A DNA stretch of 64,000 nt, from positions 2,410,727 through 2,474,726 of the forward strand of contig JBMNFQ010000001.1 of NCBI GenBank assembly GCA_050949405.1. Reading direction: 5' to 3'. The translations under genes were made by a program, and so were the position numbers. The stretch's first letter is position 1, and each line of letters opens with the position of its first letter. The notes beneath the pieces are model-generated. The model worked only from the letters and a program-made list of their open reading frames with translations, did not search any database and had not been told where the DNA came from. Source of the DNA: Limisphaerales bacterium. Its GTDB lineage: Bacteria; Verrucomicrobiota; Verrucomicrobiia; Limisphaerales; UBA1412. Below are positions 57,121 through 64,000 of the stretch, in pieces.

Positions 57121-58566
57121 TTACAACTCCTGAATGAGGTCTTCTGCAGTCCATTTGCCATACAAGGGGCCCTCCAAGCCCTTAAAGCGCTGCCTCGTCT
57201 TTTGATCCAATGTTTCTGCAGCCAGGCCATGCCTGTAAACAGCAAATGCAGTTTTTTGGGAAAGAGTACTCTCTTTCTGGCCAGGATGTGCAAGCAGTCC
57301 CCCCAGAAAACCAGCCAGCACATCACCGGTCCCACCTTGTGCCAGCGATGGAGTTCCAGTGGGATTCAATAAAATTTTTCCTCTCTCCGCGCCAATCAAA
57401 GTTTGGTATCCCTTCAACACAACAGTACTTCCTCCATACTGTTGTGAAAGTTTTCTCAAGGCCCAAGAGCGGTCCCCTTGCACCTTTTCCGTCACTGTGT
57501 GTAAGCATCGAGCCGCTTCTCCTGGGTGCGGGGTAATAAAGCGAATGCCGCTCGTTTTCCCATGCGGCAGACGCTCCAGCGCCGAAGCATCTGCAATCAC
57601 CGGCAAAGGCGAGTTTAGCCATAGAGAGCTCACCCACTGCCAAAATGCATTCGGTATATTATCAGCAGCCAGACCGGGGCCGACTAAAATAGCTGTGACG
57701 CTCTCGGGCATCTCCCAGTTTTCTCTCCATGGATGCACCATCTGCACCTGAAGCTGGGAAGCAACTGGAATATAAACATCTGGCTGGACACAAACAGTAA
57801 TAAGCCCTGGTCCCCCAGCAGAGGCGGCTTTGGCGGCCAACACCGCCGCACCGTGATAGCCCTGACTGCCGGCCAAAATTAAAAGATGCCCATGGCTGCC
57901 CTTGTGCGAATTCAATGCCCTGGCTGGGAAGAGCTCTTTAAAGTCTGACTCTTCCAGCCAATACATATCTGAGTCTTCAGGGTATTCCGCCAGCCCAATG
58001 GAAGTGAGCACTTCTATCCGTCCTGTATAATCAGCCGCTTTGCTTGAAGTTAAGCTTTTTTTGGGAGCACCCAATGTCAGTGTGGAAACCGCGTGAACAG
58101 CCTCCGGCAAAGGTATCCCTTCCGCATTCAAGCCAGAGGGCGTATCTACAGAGAGGACCGGCAAGCGAAGCGTGTTTACTATCTTGACTATCTCCAGCCA
58201 GGCACCCTCCAGCGGACGGCTCAACCCTATTCCAAAAAGACCATCCACAATCACTTCCGGCGCGCTAGCTGAGGAGGAAAATATGCTTTTAAGTTGTCGG
58301 AGCCCCTCTTCAGCCTTTTTAACATCCAGCAACTGGACTGTGGTAAAATCAGAAAGATACTCCGCTGCAACCCGGGCATCATCTCCGTTATGACCGGGGC
58401 CAGCCAAAACCAAAACTCTTTTTTTTCCTTCCTTTTGAATCCATTTTAAGGCCGCTTTACCAATCGCCATACCGGCCTGATAGATAACCTCCTTCTGGCA
58501 AATACCCTTCTCCCAAGAAAGCTCTTCCCAGCGTCTCATTTCTTCAAAAGAAAGTATTGGGTACAT
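57121..58566 (-). CDS. nnr: Bifunctional NAD(P)H-hydrate epimerase/dehydratase
   Basis: GPGHNGDDA, DGLFGIGL, VDTPSG, HKGSHG, VGPGL, ITPHPGEAAR, GGTGDVLAG. Confidence 0.93.
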   Translation of the reverse strand: MYPILSFEEMRRWEELSWEKGICQKEVIYQAGMAIGKAALKWIQKEGKKRVLVLAGPGHNGDDARVAAEYLSDFTTVQLLDVKKAEEGLRQLKSIFSSSASAPEVIVDGLFGIGLSRPLEGAWLEIVKIVNTLRLPVLSVDTPSGLNAEGIPLPEAVHAVSTLTLGAPKKSLTSSKAADYTGRIEVLTSIGLAEYPEDSDMYWLEESDFKELFPARALNSHKGSHGHLLILAGSQGYHGAAVLAAKAASAGGPGLITVCVQPDVYIPVASQLQVQMVHPWRENWEMPESVTAILVGPGLAADNIPNAFWQWVSSLWLNSPLPVIADASALERLPHGKTSGIRFITPHPGEAARCLHTVTEKVQGDRSWALRKLSQQYGGSTVVLKGYQTLIGAERGKILLNPTGTPSLAQGGTGDVLAGFLGGLLAHPGQKESTLSQKTAFAVYRHGLAAETLDQKTRQRFKGLEGPLYGKWTAEDLIQEL

Positions 58567-58569
58567 ACT

Positions 58570-59514
58570 TTAATCCCTCTTCATTCGCTTATGAGCTTTT
58601 TCCAGAATTTCCCGCTCTTCGGAGGTTAAGCTTTGAATCCCCTGCCGGGTGATCTTATCCAGTATGGGGTCCACTTTTTTCTCCATGAAGTCATCGCCCT
58701 CAGCCACATCTACAGCTACAAACGCCTTTTTTTCTTTAGGGTGCTGCTGACTTCCCTCTGGAACGGTGCCTCCATAAATTTTAAAGTTCTGAATAGAGGA
58801 GGAGTACCATTTGGGTCCACCACCTTTTCGTGGTCCCCTACTCTCAGGCCGAGGTCGCTTAAGCGTGTGATACGAGCGCAAATAGAGGATTCCACAAATC
58901 ATCCCCCCCAGGTGAGCTGCATGAGCAATATGATCCCCTGGAAAGACCATTCCATATAGGGCAAGGGCGCCTGCCAGATAAATCAACGTCTTGGCTTGCA
59001 TGCTGATGGGCAAAATAAAGAAAAGAAGCAAAGTTAACCGCTGGTAGGGATAGAGCGCCGCATAGGCACCTACCACTCCAAAGACCCCAGCAGAAGCGCC
59101 TACAACCGCCAGCGCACCAAAGTGTTGCGGGGCAATCCAGCTACATCCTATCTGCAGCAATCCCCCACAGGCCCCCGAAATCAGGTAGAGTCGCAAAAAT
59201 TCCCTCTTCCCTATTCCCGCCTCCAGCATTCTGCCGATAAAATAAAGGGTCAGCATATTCAGGAAAATGTGCCCAATACCGCCATGCATAAACTGAAAAG
59301 TCAGAATCTGCCATATATACCCTTTTTGCAACCCTTCAACGCTCAAAGCCAGATAATCTGACAAGTATATTTTATGGCTTTGTAAAATTGCGTCGCAGAC
59401 AAACACGCCGATATTGATAGCCATCAGCAGAAAAACTGCGCTGAGCTCTCGAACTGGCCTCCTCCGGTGCGCCCACTGAAAGTCTGGGCGCATATAGTCT
59501 CTATCACCTAACAC
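58570..59514 (-). CDS. Rhomboid-family intramembrane serine protease with a C-terminal DUF6576-like tail
   Basis: WQILTFQFMHG..HIFLNM, GASAG (Ser), AHAAHLGG (His), VDPILDKI...G..SL. Confidence 0.9.
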   Translation of the reverse strand: MLGDRDYMRPDFQWAHRRRPVRELSAVFLLMAINIGVFVCDAILQSHKIYLSDYLALSVEGLQKGYIWQILTFQFMHGGIGHIFLNMLTLYFIGRMLEAGIGKREFLRLYLISGACGGLLQIGCSWIAPQHFGALAVVGASAGVFGVVGAYAALYPYQRLTLLLFFILPISMQAKTLIYLAGALALYGMVFPGDHIAHAAHLGGMICGILYLRSYHTLKRPRPESRGPRKGGGPKWYSSSIQNFKIYGGTVPEGSQQHPKEKKAFVAVDVAEGDDFMEKKVDPILDKITRQGIQSLTSEEREILEKAHKRMKRD

Positions 59515-59793
59515 GCTATTTTAAGGTCCTTTTAGTTGGCAAAAAGCCACTTATTACGGCCTTTTGCAGCCATAAAGATAGCAGAAAAAGAGCCATCCCG
59601 CCACAAAAGAAAGACTCAAACCATCGACTTAAAGTCTGGGCACCAGCTGTCAATTCAATCAAGAACCGCATAACAGTGCGACGGCCCCCCAAGGAGAAAA
59701 GCCCGAATACATGAGATTTTTTGAAAAACCGCTTGCATTATCTCCCCTACTTTGTATGATTTTGCCCGTCAGCACTGCTGACATCTGCAAGTT

Positions 59794-59869
59794 GCGGGCG
59801 TAGCTCAGTTGGTAGAGCGTCACCTTGCCAAGGTGAATGTCGAGAGTTCGAACCTCTTCGCCCGCTCCA
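59794..59869 (+). tRNA. tRNA-Gly (anticodon GCC)
   Basis: GCGGGCGTAGCTCAGTTGGTAGAGCGTCACCTTGCCAAGGTGAATGTCGAGAGTTCGAACCTCTTCGCCCGCTCCA: 76-nt cloverleaf with CCA. Confidence 0.97.
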
Positions 59870-60242
59870 TTCAAGAATTTTCATTTATACAGTTCTCACA
59901 AGCAGCTCGGAGTGAAATAGAATCTTAAGAAGATTTTATTTTCGTATTTTTCCGAGCTTTCTTCGTTGGCACGAATACTGCTTAATTTTAATCGTATTGC
60001 GGATTGGAGTTTTACTCTGCCGTGTGCTCTTTCCGTCTGTTTCATTCTAAAGGAATAGACACAAATCTGCTAATATCCCCAGCATTGTAAAATGCTTTCT
60101 TCCAGGCTGAGTAGTGTACGGGGGAAACGTCAGGTTTCCCCCCGTCGTTCTTTTTCCAATTTACCCCATATTGGCTCAGGAAAATGCGGCTAGCCAAAAA
60201 AAGGTGCTTGCAAGCCAGAGTCAGAGAGGGTTTAATCGGGGC

Positions 60243-60629
60243 ATGGAATTGGGACAAGTTGAACAATATCTGGCGGTACTCATCCTGCTCCTGGCGGTTG
60301 TAGCCGTAGTTGGAGGGATGCTGGGGGTGCATCACTTGATTGCAAAGCGGGCGCATAGAACACCGGTAAAAGACTCAGCCTATGAGTGTGGTCTCCCTGC
60401 CATGACGGATGACATTCCACCTGTTTCTGTCAGGTACTACCGGGTGGCGATGCTTTTCATTCTTTTTGATATTGAAGTTGTTTTCTTGTATGCCGTTGCT
60501 GTGGTTTACAAAGAGATGCTCCTTGAGACCCCACTTACCATTTTGATTGCAATCCTGGGGTTCATCTTTGTGTTGGGCGTTGGGCTTGCCCATGCGTGGC
60601 GTAAGAAAGCGCTTCAATTTGTCAAATAA
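60243..60629 (+). CDS. nuoA: NADH-quinone oxidoreductase subunit A
   Basis: K.SAYECG, RYYRVAMLFILFDIEVVFLY, three TM helices; ATG 60243. Confidence 0.88.
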   Translation: MELGQVEQYLAVLILLLAVVAVVGGMLGVHHLIAKRAHRTPVKDSAYECGLPAMTDDIPPVSVRYYRVAMLFILFDIEVVFLYAVAVVYKEMLLETPLTILIAILGFIFVLGVGLAHAWRKKALQFVK

Positions 60630-60650
60630 TGCTTCTCTTGTCTCTGTAAT

Positions 60651-62090
60651 ATGAAACGATTTGATTCTATCACATTTGGGACTAACGGCTGGAGAGGTTT
60701 GATCGCCAGAGACTTCACCTTTGCTAACCTCAGAATAGTTGCCCAAGCAATTGCGGATTACCTGAAGCGCGAGCGCCAAATTCCAGAATCCCCCTTGGCC
60801 GATCGCAAACCTCTGGTAATACTCGGTCATGATGCTCGATTTTTAGGGGCTGAACTGGCTCTGGCAGCCGCAGAAATTTTAGAACAAAACGGCCTTGAAC
60901 CTCTTCTTTGCGATGGGCCCACCCCCACTCCGGTAATTTCCCTGCTCATTCGCCAAAAAAAGGCAATAGGTGGGCTAAACTTGACTGCCAGTCACAACCC
61001 AGCCACCTATCAGGGGATTAAATTCTCAACTTGGGAAGGCACTGCAGCCTCGGAAGAAATCACCAGCCTGCTGGAAGCTAAAATTGCAGAGCTCCAGAAA
61101 AACGGTTGGAGTCCAGAGGTGAAGCGCCCCGGTGAGTATCAATGCGCCACAATTAATCCGAGAGAACTCTACTTCACAGAAATCAAAAAGTTTATTGATT
61201 TTGAAGTGCTAAGAAAAAGCTCTCTTTCCATCGCTGTTGAGCTCCTCTATGGCGCAGGGCGCGGATACCTGGATACCCTTTTGGAAGAAGCCGGCGTACG
61301 TATTTATCGCCTAAACGACGAAACAAATCCTCTTTTTGGTGGACGCCGCCCCGAGCCCAGCGAGGAAGGCATGGCAGATGCCAGAGCGCTTGTCCTAGAA
61401 GGCAAAGCATCTCTGGGATTGGGTTTGGATGGTGATGCTGACCGCTTTGGAGTTGTGGATTCCGACGGCAGCTTTATGGACCCGAACAAGGTGCTTGCCT
61501 TGACTCTCTATCACCTCGTAAAAAACAAGGGATGGACCGGTTCAGTCGTGCGCACCGCTCCTACCAGCCACCTGGTAGATGCCGTTGCCTATATCTACGG
61601 AGTAAAGGTTCACGAAACCCCGGTCGGCTTCAAATATATCGGAGCTCTGATGGAATCCGAGCCTGTTATTGTGGGCGGGGAAGAGTCTGGCGGCCTCAGT
61701 GTAAAAGGTCACGTGCCTGAAAAGGATGGGATATTGGCTAATCTTCTCATAGCTGAGCTGGTCGCAAAAGAAGAGCGCAGTCTGCAAGCTATATTGAAAG
61801 AGATTCAAGATAAAGCCGGCTACTTTTATACAGACCGCATTAACATTTTCATTGCACCGGAGAAAAAGGAGGGAATACTCAAACTCTTGGAGGCCGGTTT
61901 AGATAAAATTGGCAGCTTTAAGGTTCAAAGCTTAAACAGAGTCGATGGCTTCAAGTTTCTTCTGCCTGAGGGTGAGTGGGTAGCCTTCCGCGCCAGCGGA
62001 ACTGAACCAGTTTTCCGGTGTTATATTGAAACAAGGACTCAGGCCCACCTGGAAGAGCTCAAGGCAGCCTGCCAGGAATTATTGAAATAA
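60651..62090 (+). CDS. Phosphoglucomutase/phosphomannomutase family protein
   Basis: FGTNGWRG, TASHNP (phospho-Ser), DGDADR, GGEESGG, RASGTEP. Confidence 0.92.
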   Translation: MKRFDSITFGTNGWRGLIARDFTFANLRIVAQAIADYLKRERQIPESPLADRKPLVILGHDARFLGAELALAAAEILEQNGLEPLLCDGPTPTPVISLLIRQKKAIGGLNLTASHNPATYQGIKFSTWEGTAASEEITSLLEAKIAELQKNGWSPEVKRPGEYQCATINPRELYFTEIKKFIDFEVLRKSSLSIAVELLYGAGRGYLDTLLEEAGVRIYRLNDETNPLFGGRRPEPSEEGMADARALVLEGKASLGLGLDGDADRFGVVDSDGSFMDPNKVLALTLYHLVKNKGWTGSVVRTAPTSHLVDAVAYIYGVKVHETPVGFKYIGALMESEPVIVGGEESGGLSVKGHVPEKDGILANLLIAELVAKEERSLQAILKEIQDKAGYFYTDRINIFIAPEKKEGILKLLEAGLDKIGSFKVQSLNRVDGFKFLLPEGEWVAFRASGTEPVFRCYIETRTQAHLEELKAACQELLK

Positions 62091-62109
62091 TTTAAGATAA
62101 ATTAGAGAT

Positions 62110-62916
62110 ATGAAAAAACTATTATTGTTTGGCAGCCTGTTGGTTGCCGTGTTGGGTGTGAATGCCGAGGTAGCGAAGGAATCCCTGGATACTGATTCTA
62201 AAAAAGTCAGCTACATCATCGGGCAAAACTATGGTTCAAGTATGTTCCGCCAGTTTGTTGAAATAGATGTCCCTACTTTTATTGCTGGCTTTAAGGATGG
62301 CTATGCCGGACTGACCAATGTATTTCAAGACAGCGAAATACAGGAGATCATGGCCAAGTTCCAGGCTGAGCTTCGCGCTAAAGCAGAGATCAAACAAAAA
62401 GAAATGGCTGATCAAAATTTGAAGAAAGGAAACGAATTTCTTGAAGCCAATAAGGCTAAAGAAGGCGTCAAAGTGACAGCCAGCGGTTTGCAGTTTAAGG
62501 TGATTCAAGAGGGCTCCGGTGACAGGCCGACTGCAGAGGATACCGTCACAGTCAATTACAGAGGCACTACTCTGGACGGAACTGAGTTTGACAGCTCTTA
62601 TTCGCGCAATAAGCCGGCCACCTTCCCTCTCAAGGGTGTCATCAAAGGCTGGACCGAAGGCTTGCAGCTCATGAAGACAGGCGCAAAGTATGAATTCTAC
62701 ATTCCTGCTGACTTGGCATACGGTGAAAGAGGAAACAGGGGTATCGAGCCCAACTCAACATTGGTTTTTGAAGTAGAGCTGATTTCTTTTACTAAACCGG
62801 AGCCGGCAAAACCTGTCACCAGCGACATAGTGAAAATTCCTTCCAAGGAAGAAATGGAAAAGGGAGCCAAACCAGAAATCATTAAGAAAGATTCCGTCGA
62901 TACTCCCAAGAACTAG
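62110..62916 (+). CDS. FKBP-type peptidyl-prolyl isomerase (FkpA/Mip-like)
   Basis: Signal peptide, FKBP_N helices, YRGTTLDGTEFDSS, VIKGWTEG, IPADLAYG. Confidence 0.93.
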   Translation: MKKLLLFGSLLVAVLGVNAEVAKESLDTDSKKVSYIIGQNYGSSMFRQFVEIDVPTFIAGFKDGYAGLTNVFQDSEIQEIMAKFQAELRAKAEIKQKEMADQNLKKGNEFLEANKAKEGVKVTASGLQFKVIQEGSGDRPTAEDTVTVNYRGTTLDGTEFDSSYSRNKPATFPLKGVIKGWTEGLQLMKTGAKYEFYIPADLAYGERGNRGIEPNSTLVFEVELISFTKPEPAKPVTSDIVKIPSKEEMEKGAKPEIIKKDSVDTPKN

Positions 62917-62956
62917 AACAATCATAGAAGCAGAAGATATCTGCTTTTCTACAATA

Positions 62957-62997
62957 AGCAAAAAGAGGGCAACTTTGTACGATGCCCTCTTTTTGCT
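62957..62997. terminator. Bidirectional intrinsic terminator
   Basis: Perfect 15-bp inverted repeat AGCAAAAAGAGGGCA / TGCCCTCTTTTTGCT between convergent genes. Confidence 0.85.
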
Positions 62998-63018
62998 GTT
63001 TTAAAACAGAAGTTTTTG

Positions 63019-63597
63019 TTACTTCACAAGGCGATTAAACTCATTGGTACTGGCTTCAAGTATCTCCTTGTGAAGAGAGTGGCCATGAGAATCCATGGTG
63101 ACCAAAACAGGGAACTTCACAACTTCCAGCTCCCACATCGCTTCTGGCGAACCAAACTCTTCCAGGAAATAAACATTTTTGACTCGCTGGATATGTGTGG
63201 AGAGCACCTGGGCTGCACCACCCACGGCGTGTAAATAAACGCAACCAAACTCTTTGCAGGCCTTCAGAGTCCTTTCTCCCATACCACCCTTGCCAATCAC
63301 GGCACGAAGACCAAACTGTTTGATAATATCACCCTGATAAGGCTCTTCACGGGCGGAAGTAGTAGGACCGGCAGCCACAACTTTCCAGTTTCCCTCTTCG
63401 TCCTTGATCACAACAGGCCCGCAGTGGTAGATAATTTTATCTTGCAGGCTCATGCCGTCAGGCAATGCGCCGCCCTCGTGTAAATATTTGTGGGCAGCAT
63501 CACGTCCAGTAAAAAGGACACCTGTAATTTCAACTTCATCGCCCTGTTTCAGAGCACGAATTTTCTCTTCAGTAAAAGGAGCTTCTAATTGAATCAT
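63019..63597 (-). CDS. Fe-S hydro-lyase (class I fumarate hydratase/tartrate dehydratase) beta subunit
   Basis: TGRDAAHK, YHCGP, GPTTSAREE, GKGGM, DSHG. Confidence 0.9.
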   Translation of the reverse strand: MIQLEAPFTEEKIRALKQGDEVEITGVLFTGRDAAHKYLHEGGALPDGMSLQDKIIYHCGPVVIKDEEGNWKVVAAGPTTSAREEPYQGDIIKQFGLRAVIGKGGMGERTLKACKEFGCVYLHAVGGAAQVLSTHIQRVKNVYFLEEFGSPEAMWELEVVKFPVLVTMDSHGHSLHKEILEASTNEFNRLVK

Positions 63598-63615
63598 ATT
63601 TTTAAAAGTATAGGG

Positions 63616-63999
63616 TTAGTAGAGCCAGCTTTGAATTTCCCCATTATCATTCAGGCTAATACCCAGACGACGAAAAGCCCAGCACATGTAGCTGACGGAG
63701 ACAAAATAAGAGGCAGGCAACCGGTTCAATGCACCGATTTTAACTCCAAGCAGAGTCACCTCTCCGCCATAGCCCATAGCGCCGATTCCCATTTGGTTTG
63801 CCTCTTGCAATATTCTCTCTTCCATCTCAGCCAATTGCGGATTCGGGTTCGTATCATCCAGTTTCCTGAGCAGTTGCTCCTTGGAATGCTCGTAACCCGT
63901 AGCGCGATCGCCACCAATGCAAACACCCAGTACTCCAGGACCACAGCCTCTGCCTTGCGCCTTCAAGACGGAATCCAGGATGACCTTTCTGCAACCTTC
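63616..63999 (-). CDS. Fe-S hydro-lyase (class I fumarate hydratase) alpha subunit, C-terminal part (5' truncated by window edge)
   Basis: GCGPG, GVCIGG, NQMGIGAMGYGG, VSYMCWAFRR. Confidence 0.88.
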   Translation of the reverse strand, partial: EGCRKVILDSVLKAQGRGCGPGVLGVCIGGDRATGYEHSKEQLLRKLDDTNPNPQLAEMEERILQEANQMGIGAMGYGGEVTLLGVKIGALNRLPASYFVSVSYMCWAFRRLGISLNDNGEIQSWLY

Positions 64000-64000
64000 C

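Noticed and set aside
59659-59874. 71-aa ORF
   Set aside because: It is the antisense translation of tRNA-Gly

Overview
A bacterial chromosomal window. The gene set (Kdo and lipid A genes, Bh0493-type uronate isomerase, several secreted glycoside hydrolases, split fumarate hydratase) suggests a diderm glycan degrader, probably Verrucomicrobiota/PVC; this assignment is inference only. Positions 1-9.6 kb are accessory DNA. They begin with the 3' end of sbcC, a DUF262/DUF1524 (GmrSD/SspE-like) gene broken off inside its HNH domain, and an internal SNF2-helicase fragment. A ~7.3 kb minimal integrative element follows, next to tRNA-Lys(CTT). It carries a tyrosine integrase with an internal HTH insertion, a 496-aa unknown protein, an Xis-like HTH, a primase, an SF4/AAA_25 helicase, an iteron-rich putative origin, three G-rich arm-type repeats and IHF boxes. 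It has no packaging or relaxase gene. Positions 9.8-64 kb are mostly housekeeping and carbohydrate genes: uxaC, transketolase, kbl, an RsbU-like phosphatase, nth, kamA, kdsA/kdsC, ftsK, pheA, scpAB, xseA, ymdB, lpxB, yicC, gltA, fabH-plsX-rpmF-yceD-coaD, uvrA, rsmD, nnr, a rhomboid, tRNA-Gly, nuoA, a phosphomannomutase, an FKBP and fumarate hydratase. The strongest candidate for an undescribed system is at 24.4-28.0 kb. There a small secreted protein with an acidic leader and a Tyr/Arg-rich, Cys-bracketed C-terminal core is co-oriented with a secreted S8 protease that has Glu in place of the catalytic Asp and a long Pro/Arg tail with three 42-aa repeats. No CRISPR array or rRNA was seen. All family assignments come from motif reading; no database search was run.
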